Of a DNA stretch of 20,000 nt, positions 1-11,559 are shown one piece after another (the stretch's first letter is position 1; the number at the start of each line of letters is the position of its first letter). The notes under the pieces are model-generated. The model was not told the origin of the DNA, ran no database searches, and saw only the letters and a list, made by a program, of their open reading frames with translations. Source of the DNA: Raillietiella orientalis (lineage: Eukaryota); NCBI GenBank assembly GCA_036172245.1, contig JAYWIR010000002.1, forward strand, positions 7,434,554-7,454,553. The letters run 5' to 3'. Position numbers and translations under genes: made by a program.

Positions 1-68
1 CCCCTTACAATATGCCGCTTTTATTTAGAAAAAATCTTCATAAACCCAATCAAAATACAATGACTATA
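1..68 (-). pseudogene. nad4L: possible 5' fragment of mitochondrial ND4L within the NUMT
   Basis: Minus strand in mito code reads MVIVFWLGLWSFFLNK, then KRHIVS in a shifted frame, resembling ND4L GLFSFVSNRKHLLS. Position and strand match the arthropod/Trichinella-type order. Short and weak. Confidence 0.35.
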
Positions 69-124
69 CCCATCTCTACTACTGAATCAGTCCTGGATAT
101 ATCTCCCAACAAATCTCCAGATTA

Positions 125-565
125 AACCATCATCTACACACCCCTTGCATACTCATAATTACAACCACATCTCTCCTTTACTGTTCACATACCAACCCAA
201 TAATCATAGCTCTCTTCCTAGCCATAACTTCACTAACCATTTCCATCACCATCAACCTCCTTTCCATAACATCACGACACGCCGTCATCATATTCCTCGA
301 CTACGCCGGAGGAATCCTAACCATCTTTTCTGACATAACATCTCTAACATAGAACGAATTACCTTAATTCAATTAGACCCCATTATTACTGCTCTTACCC
401 AATTCACCTCAACCCACTTCCCCCTCTTCACCCCACTCATCAAAAATCGTACTATCACTACCCAACATTCCAATAACCTGATTCCTCGTATCCTACCTAA
501 TACTAACATTAATCATTATCCCATACATAATTTTGCAAACTGAAACACCCCTCCGCTCCCTTCTT
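125..565 (+). pseudogene. nad6: mitochondrial ND6 pseudogene (NUMT)
   Basis: Frame at 146 gives NPMIMALFLAMTSLTISITINLLSMTSRHAVIMFLDYAGGILTIFSDMTSLT*NE, matching the ND6 pattern HPL...FLxxLGGMLVLFxYxxSLxxNE. In-frame TAG at 350-352. Ends KHPLRS-like directly before cob. Start is approximate. Confidence 0.75.
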
Positions 566-567
566 TC

Positions 568-1113
568 ATGACAAACCCAAACAAAAAAATGAACCACACA
601 ATGAACATACGCATACCATCAAACGTTTCCTACTCTTGAAACCTGGGCTCCATAATAGGAATCTTTCTAATTACCCAACTGTTTACAGGCATCATCATTT
701 CTATACATTACACCCCCATACCTCATCAATCATCAACATGATGCACAACACCAACAACGGATGACTCGTACGATACGTCCACGCCCACACCGCCTCCTTC
801 TTTCTCATAGCAATCTGCCCACACACTTTCCGCGCATTAAACTCCTTTTCCTACAAAAACACTGCAACCTGAATATAGGGATTACTTCTACTCATTTTAC
901 TAATAGTAACATCGTTTCCTAGGTTATGTCCTTCCTTGAGGACAAATATCTTTTTGAGCCGCTACAGTTATCACCAACCTATTTTCCACCATCCCTCTCA
1001 TCGGACAACGCATCATCTCATTTTTATGAGGATATTTCTTCGATTCTTTTCCCTACACTTCATCTTACCCTTCGTCATAATACCCATCTCTCTATCACGC
1101 CTATTTTTCCTCC
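568..1113 (+). pseudogene. cob: mitochondrial cytochrome b pseudogene, 5' half (NUMT)
   Basis: Reads [75 protein letters not shown] with TGA=Trp. TAG at 876-878, frameshift near 918, deletions near 720 and 1032, and one heme-ligand His position now reads Arg. Confidence 0.95.
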
Positions 1114-1389
1114 GGTCGGTAGCTGCTGCTCGACCATCGAGCGCTACGCGATACTGCAGTTAAAGCCATGTCCGCGCGAGAAGGAGTTCGCATCCATGGA
1201 CCGCCCGAGAGCAGCGGGTAGGTCTGCTCCGAAGTCGCAACAGACTACGCGATCCTTCTCCCAGTCGCGCGACCCAAAGCTTCGAGCACAGCTCGATATC
1301 AGAATTCACCAAGGTGATCGGACGTCAGTTGTTGAGGTATCGCAAGTCCCCGCCTTTCGGCAGGAGACGCACCTTCGCTGACAAGATGC
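1114..1389 (-). mobile_element. L1/Tx1-like RT fragment (RT motifs 1-2), inverted relative to adjacent copy A
   Basis: Minus strand reads SAKVRLLPKGGDLRYLNN*RPITLVNSDIELCSKLWVARLG...GRSMDAN, clearly homologous to 12350-12600. Confidence 0.85.
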
Positions 1390-3348
1390 ACCAGACTGAG
1401 AGACCTGACGCTCGGCCTCTTGCTCTTGGCAGCACCTACTTTGAGTGGGTGCTGAGGGCGTGCAGGGAGACTCTAGCTCGCCTGCCGCGAGCGTGCCCAA
1501 GCACACCGTCCGCGTCAGAGTATGCAGACGAGGGCTGCCGCTGCTCTCCAAGTGCACTCCGCCTTCGGCGCTCGAAACTTTCTTCTGGTAGCTAAGCCAT
1601 GGAACAGGACTCGAGGTGAACAGGACGAAGTCGTCCGTGGTAGCAGTCGGTGCGTCGTGGCAGGGTAGCAAGACTGGATCCGCTCGGGTGTCCCCACGGT
1701 TGGGTACTTTACGTACCTCGGTGTGCCGTTGCTGGACTATTCTCCTGAGGAGGAGGCGTCCAGCTGCCTCCAGAAGGCAGAGAAGGCGATCGGCCCGTTC
1801 CTGGCTGGCAAGTTTTTCCTGCCGGAACAGGCCGCGGTGTGGAACACCTTCGTGGCCCTCCTCCTCCGCCCCCTGCTTTTTGTTTGCCCCACCAAGCGGT
1901 GTAAAGAAGAGGACAAAGGAACTCCTGAGGACCGCCTTGTAGGGCGCAGGGAGTCCCCGAGTCCGCCTGAAGCACTTGCGCGCTCCACGTCGGGACGGCG
2001 TTCTTAGCCTCCTGACGCTGGAGCGCGTGGAAATTCAGCTGCGATGGCGCACCCCCGCCATCGCAGCGAAGATGTGGAGCACCCCTTGGTGCATTCCGGC
2101 TCGCCTACTCGCCAGTCGTGTGTCCCGATGCGAAGGACTCGCGTCTTTTCTTCTGTGCTCCGGCCGGAAGATCCGAAGATGCGGCCTACTGCTCGGGCGC
2201 ATGGCAACCCTGGCGAAGGAGAACAGCTGGATGGTTTGTAGCCTCGCCAACTCCTCCGCCTGGCTGAAGGAGACTGCTGGCACCTGGGCTAAGCTAAACC
2301 AGAGGAGTGAAGATCCCATGAATTGCCTGCGTGTCGGCCCATACGCCCGCCGCACCCTGCGGGAAATACTTGAATTTCCCGCGGGTTGCACGTGGGCAGA
2401 GAGGACCCCCCTTGCTACGGCGATGCCCTACCTCCGGAGGGCGCTTAGCGGCATCCAGAAGCCGAGGTGGCAAGTCTCCTGCCGAATCGCAGGCAGGGAG
2501 AAGATGTTAAGCGGCTGGACAACAAGAGAACTGGCGGACCCACGCCACGGCCCCGAGCGTCCAGCCGAGAGGACTTTTGCGATGGGGTGAGCTGCTCGCC
2601 ATCCCCATGGATGCGCTGAAGTGGCCCCCGGTGTTGTTGGAATCGAGGATCCTGCCCCTTAAGTGGCAAGAATCGGCGCTGCTACTGCTGCATTGGGGTT
2701 TACCCTGCAACGCACGCCGCTTCCACTGGACAAGGGGAGCGGTGGATCCTCAGTGTGCCAGGTGCGGAGAGCGGGAATCGTTCTCCCACCTACTTGTTGA
2801 CTGTGCTGCCCTCCGACCCCTCTGGGAACGGTTTGGGACGACCCTCGGGCTCCCGGTGGGCAGCCAACCCAGAGACGTTCTCCGCCTTCTCTTCGTGCGG
2901 GACGCCCTTGAGCCAGCTGCAGCCGTGGCAGCACTCTGCTGTATTCGAGGCATCGTGGCGGCCTGGAGCGATACCTGCGGCGAAGGAGTGGATTCAAATG
3001 CGATGGCTGTCATCCCGTATGCTGTTCGCTTCCTGCGGAGAGCTATTGGATGGCCCCAGCTGGGAAGATTGAAGATGGACATCGAGGATATCCTGCTAAG
3101 GATGGACCCTCCTCCCAGTGGACTGTGATCCCTTCCTTTCCCCAAAAAAACTCTTTTTTTTTTGGTTTACTGGTTTATTTTTCTTTTTGTTTCTCCCCCC
3201 ATCCCCTTCCACTTCCGAGGAGAGTCACACCGGGCTGCGTCCCGGTGTCCCGGCAGGTCCGGTATTGCGTGGACGTTAGTGGGGCCTTGTACCACGTTCT
3301 GTACTGACAGATGAAGCGTTTTAATAAACGTCCCGGCGTACCCGGGTG
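1390..3348 (+). mobile_element. L1/Tx1-like non-LTR retrotransposon copy A: 5'-truncated, degenerate ORF2 C-terminal half plus 3' UTR
   Basis: Reads FEWVLR...SEYADE (YADD-like), YLGVP, RRDGVL (DGGLG-like), then zinc knuckle CARCGERESFSHLLVDC with stop at 3128. Followed by a T-rich tract, AATAAA 3323-3328 and a terminal hairpin 3332-3346. Several frameshifts. Confidence 0.88.
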
Positions 3349-3950
3349 GCATCACCGACCGACACTATGGACGACTTCGCTCCACCCACTTCCCCCTACC
3401 TTAGCCCTGTTCACCTACAGGCCCGCTGCGATAAGGACCTATGGTCTTCTCGCTCCTCGGTTGGTGGTTGCTTTCGTTTGTGAGTGTGCTGTGCGGAGAT
3501 TCGGTGGTGGGTAGGGTAGTGGGTAGTAGCCTAACACCACATCACGAACGAAGGCCGTGTGTCGATGTCCGCATCGGCCCTAGACGCTATGGGAATGTGG
3601 GGGCCCGCCATTGTAGATTTGTCCCCCGCTCCAGCGAGGGCATGGCACGCCGCGGCTCCGTTGCCTGCAGCCATGTCCGAGCAAACGATTTGCTTTTAAG
3701 AAGGCTATAATACCTTCTTCACAGGGTAGGAATCGCTTACACCTCAGATTGCGCGCGCGCCTTCCTGAAGGAGCTGCGCGCTCTCAACGTTAAACAGGAG
3801 GAGCCTCGAGCAATGACCTTTCGCAACGGGGGTCAGTACCCTGAGGTGGTTTGTAAGGAAGCCTGAACGACTGCTGAGGGACTTTTAAGAACTCCCGTTG
3901 TGATGGGAGGCAGGAGGCTGCTACCGATCATTGTGGACCGCTAGGTGGTT
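3349..3950 (+). mobile_element. highly decayed retroelement-like sequence; 3700-3950 resembles an L1/Tx1 ORF1 N-terminus
   Basis: Across frameshifts reads ARAFLKELRALNVKQEEPRAMTFRNGGQYPEVVCKE...AEGLLRTPVVMGGRRLLPIIVDR, a pattern reminiscent of ORF1 RRM-like regions. GC-rich like its neighbours. Pattern-level resemblance only. Confidence 0.3.
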
Positions 3951-4995
3951 TATCACCCCGGTGTGCCGGGGAGTTTATTATAAAAGCAAACATACAAAGT
4001 GTAGGGCCATCGGCCCTACAACGTCCTAGAGAGTTCGGAACCTATCGAGTACTGGCACGCACGCTGCCGAGCTTCGCCTCAGCAGCGGAGGGGAACAATC
4101 CCACGTAGACAGCAAAGAGCTGCTGGAACTACGGCAGGCGAAAGGGCGTTGCTCACAAAGCGGCGCTTGAACGCGTCTCTGGCAGCGTTCACTGGTGCAC
4201 CTAGGGCCGTTGCGGATGGCAACCACAAGGGCCGGAGGGCAGCACAGTCAACGAGCAGGTGTGGGAGGGATTTTCGCTCCTCGCACCTGCTGTAGTTCGG
4301 GTCCATGCCCTCCCGGGTCCAGTGAGACCAACAGGCGTTGCGCAGGATGCCTCAGTGCAACAGCAAAAGTGTCGACTCTTGCCACTTCAGGGGGAAGGCC
4401 CGGTTCTTCAGCACTGGGGGCCACTCGTGGTCTTTGTGCGAGATTCCCAGCAGCTCACTCCAGCTCGATAGTTCCTTTGGGCGCAGCGTCCGTGAGCTGG
4501 CCCGTGGTCCGACCAACTAATTTCTACCCTCTTCCACCGATCTCACATCGGACCTTCCATTGGGCCGGCTGACTACTGCCCCGGTGTTCCCTGAGATAGG
4601 GTACAGCTGCTGCTAGGGAAGTCCTTTCTGTCCACCCACGCTTGATGGGCTGCACGATGACGTCTTCCTGCAGCGAGCGGTTGTTATAAACAGAGTACAG
4701 CAGTCTCTGAGGCATCTCCTGGCTCGGTCGTTATTCCGGGTCCATGTGCGAACGGTTTCCTGTAACCAAGCGCTACCTTTCGCGGGCAGGCTGGAAATCC
4801 AGTTGTTCGTCCTGGTCAGCTTGGCCACTCGCCGAAGCTCCACTCCGTAAGGGAACAGGTAGCGTCTTAGGCCCCGCGGCATGAAGAAAGACAGTCCCGC
4901 GCAGCCGCTGGCTCTCTGAACCCAGGCGTCGTGCAGGCGGCTCGCACCACTCGGTGCTCCACATCTTCGCTACTAGGGCGGATGTCCTCCACTGG
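3951..4995 (-). mobile_element. L1/Tx1-like copy B: 5'-truncated ORF2 C-terminus plus 3' end
   Basis: Minus strand reads WRTSALVAKMWSTEWC..., LPLKWQESTLLLLH*G, YSRCEERKSLPHLLVDCAALRPLW, homologous to copy A. AATAAA at 3979-3974 and a CCCCGG/CCGGGG hairpin at 3956-3971. Confidence 0.88.
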
Positions 4996-5188
4996 TGCCG
5001 GTCGGTGCGCCGTCGACCGGACGGTCGGATCGGATCCCCTCGAGAATCCCCACGGGCGGGTACTGCAAGTACATTGGCGTTCCGTTGGGGGACTTCTGCG
5101 TTGCAGAAGTCTGATCCGGCCGTCTATAAAAAGTGAAGATGGTCGTTCCATAACGGCGAATTTCACTGGAACGAACGGGCGTCGTTGT
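4996..5188 (+). mobile_element. L1/Tx1-like copy D, left part (interrupted by copy C)
   Basis: Reads VPVGAPSTGRSDRIPSRIPTGGYCKYIGVPLGDFCVAE...ERA, homologous to VPVGSTYERQSDWIRLGISTGRCFKYLGVPLGDFCPAE in copy C. Continues co-linearly at 12791. Confidence 0.8.
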
Positions 5189-7019
5189 TTGTTACCCGGT
5201 TGCTCCGGGACGTTTATTATAACAAATCATCTGGGAACATAGTTCCCAGGCAAGGGAAACAGAAGTTAAGGGGGAGGGTTTCCCGACACGCAGGTCGGGC
5301 ATATTGAAGGCTCGGAACGGCAGGGAGGGGACAATAAATAAATAAAAATAGTGGACGGGTAGGTACAGGGGGTCTGCAGCTTCAGCCGTTCCTATTCTCA
5401 GAACCGGCGGTGAATCCTCACTTCTTCGTCGAGGTGTGGTCACCCGGAAGCCAATTCCAAATGGCAGGCTGCACTGTCGGGGATCGATGTTGGGACCGCT
5501 CGCAGCTGCAATACGTGGCGGCGGGCCCTGACAATGGCGCGGACGCAGCAGATGATTGCGACGACCGCTCCCAGAGACAGGCCGTGAAGAAGCGGCGCAT
5601 CCAGTCCATTGCGGTGTTCCCTGGATGCAGGAGCGCTGAAGACAGCCGCCGCCACAGTCCCTGGAGGGCACCGCAGTCGAATAGCAGGTACAGGAGCGAT
5701 TCCATCGCTCCGCATTTTGCACAGTTGGGGGACGCGACTCCTGCGGAAAGCAGGTGCGCGCGCTGGTTGGAATACAGACCCCAATGCACCAGCAGAAAAA
5801 CGTCATGTTTCTACCGGAGGGGGAACACAGTCGTGTGCAAGCACGGGGAAGGGACCACAAGTTCTTCGGAGGGCACCCTCAGGAGCTCGCTCCACCGAAG
5901 AAGTCCCTTGGCACGAATGCGAGGCGTGGCAGCATCTGCCAGCTCGCCGGTCCTCCAGCCGCCCAGGAGTCGGGTGTCGCCTGCGATGGCGCAGGCGACC
6001 TCCCACCTTGCCGGTAGGCCACTGTCTTCTCGTGCCCTTAGGGGAGACAGCTCTTCGGCGAGGGACGTAGAGGCCAGGCGAGTCCATTTGTCCTGGTTTT
6101 GCAACACTTCCTCCACTGGAAAGTATGGAGAAAGGTACACGCAACGGAGTTCCAAACGGGACACATCCTGTTGCGCTGCCCAGGACGATAAGGCTTCCTG
6201 CCGCCAGGCGTTAACGTTCGTCGGCCGGCAGGAGATCCACGAATGCGTTCCCAGAAGCGAGGCGAGCTGCCTCAGCGGGAAGCCGAATCCTCTCATGGCG
6301 CGCTCCGTATGCAGGTGCAACGAACGCAGTCCGTCGCCACTCGTGCAGCGCCGCAGCAGCAACCGTGCGGGAGCACACCAGGGAGTCGTCCAAAGCTGGG
6401 CGAAAGCGCCAGCATGAGAAACTGCACTAGCAGTCCGATCCGCTCCAGCGTCAAGATGCCCAAGCCCGCATCCCGACGATGAGCCGCCAAGTCCTTGAGT
6501 AGGATCCTGAACCTCGCCGGTCCCCAGAAGGCGTTCCGCAACAGGCGTTTCGCCCGGAGCTTGACCGAGTAGGGAGGGGGACAAACGGAAAAGAGGGGAC
6601 GGAGGAGCGGGGCAACGAAAATGTTCCACACGAAGGCCTGCTCCGGCAGGAGGAAACTGCGACCTTGCAACGGGCCCAGAGCAGTCTCGGCCTTGTGAAG
6701 GTAGTCCGACCGCGCTTCTGCTGGACAGAAGTCGCCTAACGGAACGCCAAGGTACTTAAAGCACCTGCCCGTGGAAATCCCCAGGCGGATCCAGTCGGAC
6801 TGCCGCTCATACGTAGAGCCAACCGGTACAACGGTGGATTTCGGTCTGTTGACGCTCACGCCCGCTCCCCGACGAATGAGCACGAAGAAATCTGCGAGAC
6901 TGGGCGCCGGGGTGGACGTGGGCAACAGGAGAGGTAGGTCGTCAGCATGGGCGGCCACGGCCGGCGTTCCCGGGCAGGAGCTCGGCAGGTTGGCCCGGGG
7001 AGTCAGCCTGTACCGTGCC
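5189..7019 (-). mobile_element. L1/Tx1-like copy C, 3' part (RT motif 5 to 3' end)
   Basis: Reads AVAAHADDL (YADD changed to HADD), FKYLGVPLG, RRDAGLG, CAKCGAMESLLYLLFDC. AATAAA at 5218-5213 and a terminal hairpin at 5195-5209. Confidence 0.9.
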
Positions 7020-10000
7020 TTTCTGTGTCTCCTCCAAACTGCAGTATCCGTTTTTCATCTCTAGAACAAACTACAAAGTATCCTATTACTGCCCCAAACC
7101 CACCTTATATTCGCCTTAGAACAACTCGTGCCTTTCGAGTAGCTATCCCCCAACGGTTGCATCCGTGCTCCCTCCGCGAAAAATATTCCGCCGAAGTGCG
7201 ATCCCTCGAAAAGATCCCCGATTCGATCGGGATACCATGCGAAGCTTCACCTGTGGCGAACGCTCCACATACCGTAGATAGCTCCACACAACAAAATTCT
7301 TTTCCAGCGATCCACAAACGAAACAACCGCTTCCCACCTCTCACTTTGCATCCATCACACACCTCCGCATCTCGACAGCACAAAAGACCTCCTCCAACGT
7401 TTCATCGCAATCCAGTACCACCTAGACTCCATCGATCTTCTAGACAGTGTTTAGCTGCACCACCACCCAATCGGACCCTTCCTGGCTATCCAGCCTCTCC
7501 TCCAACCACCGCCCGTCCTACTACCCCTCCAATTACGAACCTCCCACTCCCACCAATTGCTAAGCGGCTCTTACACCTGACAACGTCCTTTTGGTTCGAT
7601 TTCCCGTATCTCGCACACTATGCTGCATACTGCCATCCTGTCCCTGGAGAACACAAACTCTCGATGCAAGCAACACACTTCGGTGTCACTTGACGACAGC
7701 ACGCAAGCTTCCTTTCCACAAGCACAGGTCACTCTGTAGGAATTGCAACTCCGATCCTACTCAACATCACCCGCGCTTCGAACACTCCGCTCGCCCTCAA
7801 CCCCCCACGGTCTCCCTTTCTTTTCAATGTAACATTCCTAACTGTATGGCCACTTTTCCTTCTATGCGTGGATTACACATATGCGATGTCATGGCACATA
7901 CGCCTGCCAAATCAAAGCAACAAACCCCTCTCCCCATTTCGCACTTCTCGTCCGATACCCACTTTCAACCGTTTTGATGCGATAGAGACACCCGGACCCC
8001 CCACACCTGTAGCCATAGAAACAGCGCATCCTATCCCTACAACAGCCCGTACGTCCACAAGATCAGTACCTCCCATAGTTCCATCAAATTCATCTTCCTC
8101 CGAAGCCTTACAACAGCAAGAACAACCGATACGTCCGACTGACTCCCTTATACCCCTTGCACTCAACCAACAAACCTGCACCTTACGTCTACGCTGCACA
8201 ACAGGTTCTGCCAAACACCCAACATATACTACACACGAGCACACATTCCGTCCTTAGTTCTTACACTCCGATCCTCACGACCCTTCTTGCACAATCGACG
8301 TCTAATGACACTTGGCAACGTACGCTGCATACCCTCAACGAAATTATGAATACCACAACTCCGACATTCCACATACGCCCATTTAACCCTTCCACAAGGC
8401 CTACATCCTCTTCCGATGCCTTTCGCCTTACCTCACCGAAACTACTTCACTCCCTGTGTCGGCGGCGAAACCGAAAACGAGCCATTCGCACTCTTGTTCA
8501 CCCGAATCCCATTCAATTTAACGGCTGCAAATCTATGGTTCAAACTATTTTTAGTGAAAAGTTCTCAGCAAAGACAATGAACGCGGACGTACTGCAGGAA
8601 AGCCCTTTAACCCTGACTTCTTCGGAAGTGAATTGCGCAAACATCACCCCTGAAGAAGTTCTGTGGACGTTGGGGAACTCCCAAGACACTGCCCCAGGAA
8701 ATGACGGGATCCCGTACTCCCTCCTGAGGAAAGCAGACCCAGACGGATCTTGTCTTGCAGCCCTATACAATTCATGTGTCCGTCACTTGCGTATCCCTAA
8801 CGACTGGAAAACATCACGCACAGTCCTAATCCCTAAATCTGGAGCATCTGATCCGGCAGATGTAACGCAGTAATCGCTCCATAGCAATCTCCAATACCAT
8901 TGGCAAACTATTCTGCAAAATCCTTGAGAAAAGAATGCGCTCGTGGATCCTCAACAACGGAATCCTTGGACACCATCAAAAGGGATTTCTTCCCTATGAT
9001 GGCGGGCTGGAGCAAAGCTTTGTCCTGACCACTGCACTCGAGCGCTCCCGAGTGCACCACCAAGACATCGCCATTGCATGGATAGACTTTAAAGACGCGT
9101 TTACGCCCATCCCCCATCAGCCCATTCTAGACACGTTGACCGTGCTAGGGGCTGGTAGTCAGTTCCACGGAATCATTGCGGAAATGTACTCGGAATCTAC
9201 GACAACGACAGTGGCTTCGGGCGGACTTACGATCCCAATACTGATTCGTTCCGGAGTGAGCCAAGGTTGCCCCCTAAGTGGGCTGTTATTTAACATCGCT
9301 CGAGGACCCTTCATCAGAATCCTGAAACACCAACACCCCTCTATTATTCCGCTTGCTTATGCAGACGATGTTGCGCTTATTGCTAGCTCGATAAATGAGC
9401 TACAAGTGGCCGTCACCACACTGGCAGATTCGACCCGAGCTGCAAACTTGCAAATAAATACCGATGAGTGCGGCTCCTATCACTACGTAGCTTTCCCGCC
9501 ACAAGTGCGAAATTCCCCAATATCTGTGAACGGTGCAATAATTCCGTCCCTTTCCCTACAAGATACTTACAATTACCTAGGGAAACCGATTGGCTTCGAT
9601 CCACTCATGTACGACGGAAACCTTTATTGCTCATTTCAAAATCATTGCCGACTCCTCCTTAGCCCCATGGCAGAAACTGGACGCCATCAAATGCTTTTTC
9701 TTGCCATCATTTATACACGACCTTCGTCTTGGCACAAAGCCACTATCGTCATGGGCCAAGATTGATAAATCAATACGGAATACACTGAAGCAAAACATTC
9801 TCCCGCGTACCCAAGGATCATCGAACGAATACCTATACGGAAGTGTTCGCGATGGATGCCTCGGGATAATGCCTCTTGTTGAAGAAGCACCAGCAAGGAT
9901 CGCTTACTCTGCGTTCAAACTATTAAGGTGCCCGCATTCCCATGTGACTGATCTCGCCTTCTCCTCCCTTTCCGACGCCGTACATAGGAAGGCTCACGTG

Positions 10001-11321
10001 CCGCCAAACCTGGTTCTGTTCTCTCGGTTCCTCAATGGATGCTGTTCGTCCCCCTTAGACCGCCCAAGTGATGATCCCCGCACGATGTGGTCCACACTAC
10101 GGGAAGCAAGGAAGCACCTTCCCATAACGTGGAATTTTGATGACAATAATGTGACGCTCTCTTTATCCTTCCCCGAACATGAAAACCCCCCAAATCCTCT
10201 CCTTTCGACAGCAGCGACAAGTAGCACGAACGATACGTGCTCACTTTCGAGAGCAAAAACGCTTATCACTTCTAGCCAAGCCAGACCAATGTGGGATAAT
10301 AGAATGTGTAGCCTTCCACGAAGCCTCCTGCATGTGATGGATTCCGCTTTGCAGACTGGCGATTTATACACGGTGCCCGTTTGAACCTGTTATTTGTCAA
10401 CGGAAATCGGAAAACGCCTAGTGAAATTGAGCGACGCCGAAGATGTGGTTACGTAAAAGAAACATTGGCGCATGTCCTGTGTCACTGTCCAGTTTATCTT
10501 GGGACAATGTTCACCCAACGACATAACGTTGTTATCGACACCTTGTTCAAGATCCTCTCTCCTCGATGGCCCGTTGCCCAAAAGGATCGCCGAGTAGATG
10601 TGTTAAACTCCACTCTTCGCCCCGACATATTTTTGCAGAATGCGTCCACAGCTGTTATCATTGACGTTGTGATCTCCTTTGAAAATCGTACATCATCGCT
10701 ACAGCGTGCAAGCAAGAGAAACCAAAATCCTGAAGTACGCAGAGATCGAGACCGCCCTCAAGAATCAAGGCTTGCGCACCATCAACCAAGCATCTGTAAT
10801 TGGTGCGCTCGGATCATGGGATCCCGAAAATGATAAGCTCCTAAAATTGCTCGCAATTCCTCCAAGAACAATTACCGCGATCTCCAGGCATCTATGTACA
10901 GAAACTATAGAATTTTCCCGGGACATATACATCAACCATATCTCCACGCCCAACCCATCTTCGTATCCAGCAGAAAACCTCGAAGGAAACCTTCGCCATG
11001 AAGGTATGTACCAAACACACGGAGAACTATGCCCTATATCCCAAATACAAACAGGAGTCCTCCCCTATCACAATGTAGGTCCGCAAGCAGATGAAATCCT
11101 TTTGGACGGTTCTTCCGCATCTCCAATAGCAGAAGCTATTCAGGTGCTAACGTCCCTCTAAGTGCTAATTTAATACACCAACCCTCTTTACAAGTTCCAC
11201 CCTCAACAGCTGTGTATCCAAAGACAATTGAAACCTCTGTAAAATTAAACTTTACAAACGTATTGTAAAACTACCCTTTATATAAGGTACAAATGTAATA
11301 AGAATGCCGTAATAAATAAAA
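7020..11321 (+). mobile_element. Utopia/NeSL-like non-LTR retrotransposon with restriction-like endonuclease; near full length, degenerate
   Basis: N-terminal zinc fingers at 7615-7900 (CILPSC..H, CRNC..H, CNIPNC..H). RT motifs APGNDG, ADPDG..LAALYN, QKGF, WIDFKDAF, GVSQGCPLSGLLFN, LAYADDV, YNYLG. Utopia-typical SSLAPWQKLDAIK, NEYLYGS, FADWRFIHGARLN. Degenerate CCHC RRCGYVKETLAHVLCHC, RHN, RPDI..IIDV..FEN, KILKY. Ends aataaataaaa at 11311-11321. Stop at 8871 and several frameshifts. Confidence 0.9.
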
Positions 11322-11559
11322 CCTCATCACCAGCTCAAAGAAGATGCTGAAGAGCAGAGGGTTTGAGCTGTCCCCTTGCCTGATGCCCCGCCGTATGGGG
11401 ACGCCGTACACGTGGCAGCCGCTGAAAGAGATACAGCATAACGTATGGTGCCAGCAGGAGCGCAAGTAGGCGACGAGGTGCGTCGGGAGGCCTAGGCGTC
11501 CCAAGAGCTCCAGAAGGAGGTTCTGGTTTGCGCAGTCGAATGCCTTGTAGAGATCGACC
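11322..11559 (-). mobile_element. L1/Tx1-like copy C, middle part (RT motifs 3-4)
   Basis: Reads VDLYKAFDCANQNLLLELLGRLGLP...RRGIRQGDSSNPLLFSIFFELVMR and joins in frame to ARYRL...AHADD at 7018. Confidence 0.9.

Larger units (their letters stand above)
1..1113. other. NUMT: nuclear copy of the mitochondrial nad4L-nad6-cob region, open at the window's left edge and truncated on the right by a retroelement fragment
   Basis: A/C-rich, G-poor strand. nad6 and cob read through with TGA=Trp but carry in-frame TAG stops, frameshifts and deletions. The block abuts nuclear retrotransposon sequence at ~1114. Confidence 0.9.

Noticed and set aside
70..140. Mitochondrial trnP/trnT expected between nad4L and nad6; the minus strand has tagatga-tg-gttt...tTGGga
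   Set aside because: The anticodon and acceptor stems do not pair convincingly; at best a decayed remnant.
145..1381. Standard-code ORFs over the NUMT
   Set aside because: Wrong frame or genetic code; explained by the nad6/cob pseudogenes and the adjacent TE fragment.
3200..3350. 3' UTR hairpins as a hammerhead or HDV-like ribozyme
   Set aside because: No CUGANGA/GAAA core and no nested double-pseudoknot pairing could be found; CUGCGW is a terminal loop.
4985..5000. B/D head-to-head junction as a twin-priming inversion of one element
   Set aside because: D extends ~600 nt into the region also covered by B and the two are strongly diverged there, so they are separate copies.
5410..6417. 335-aa plus-strand ORF and the many other overlapping ORFs in 1300-6900 and 12200-14200
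   Set aside because: Antisense or off-frame shadows of GC-rich retroelement sequence, with no independent protein signature.
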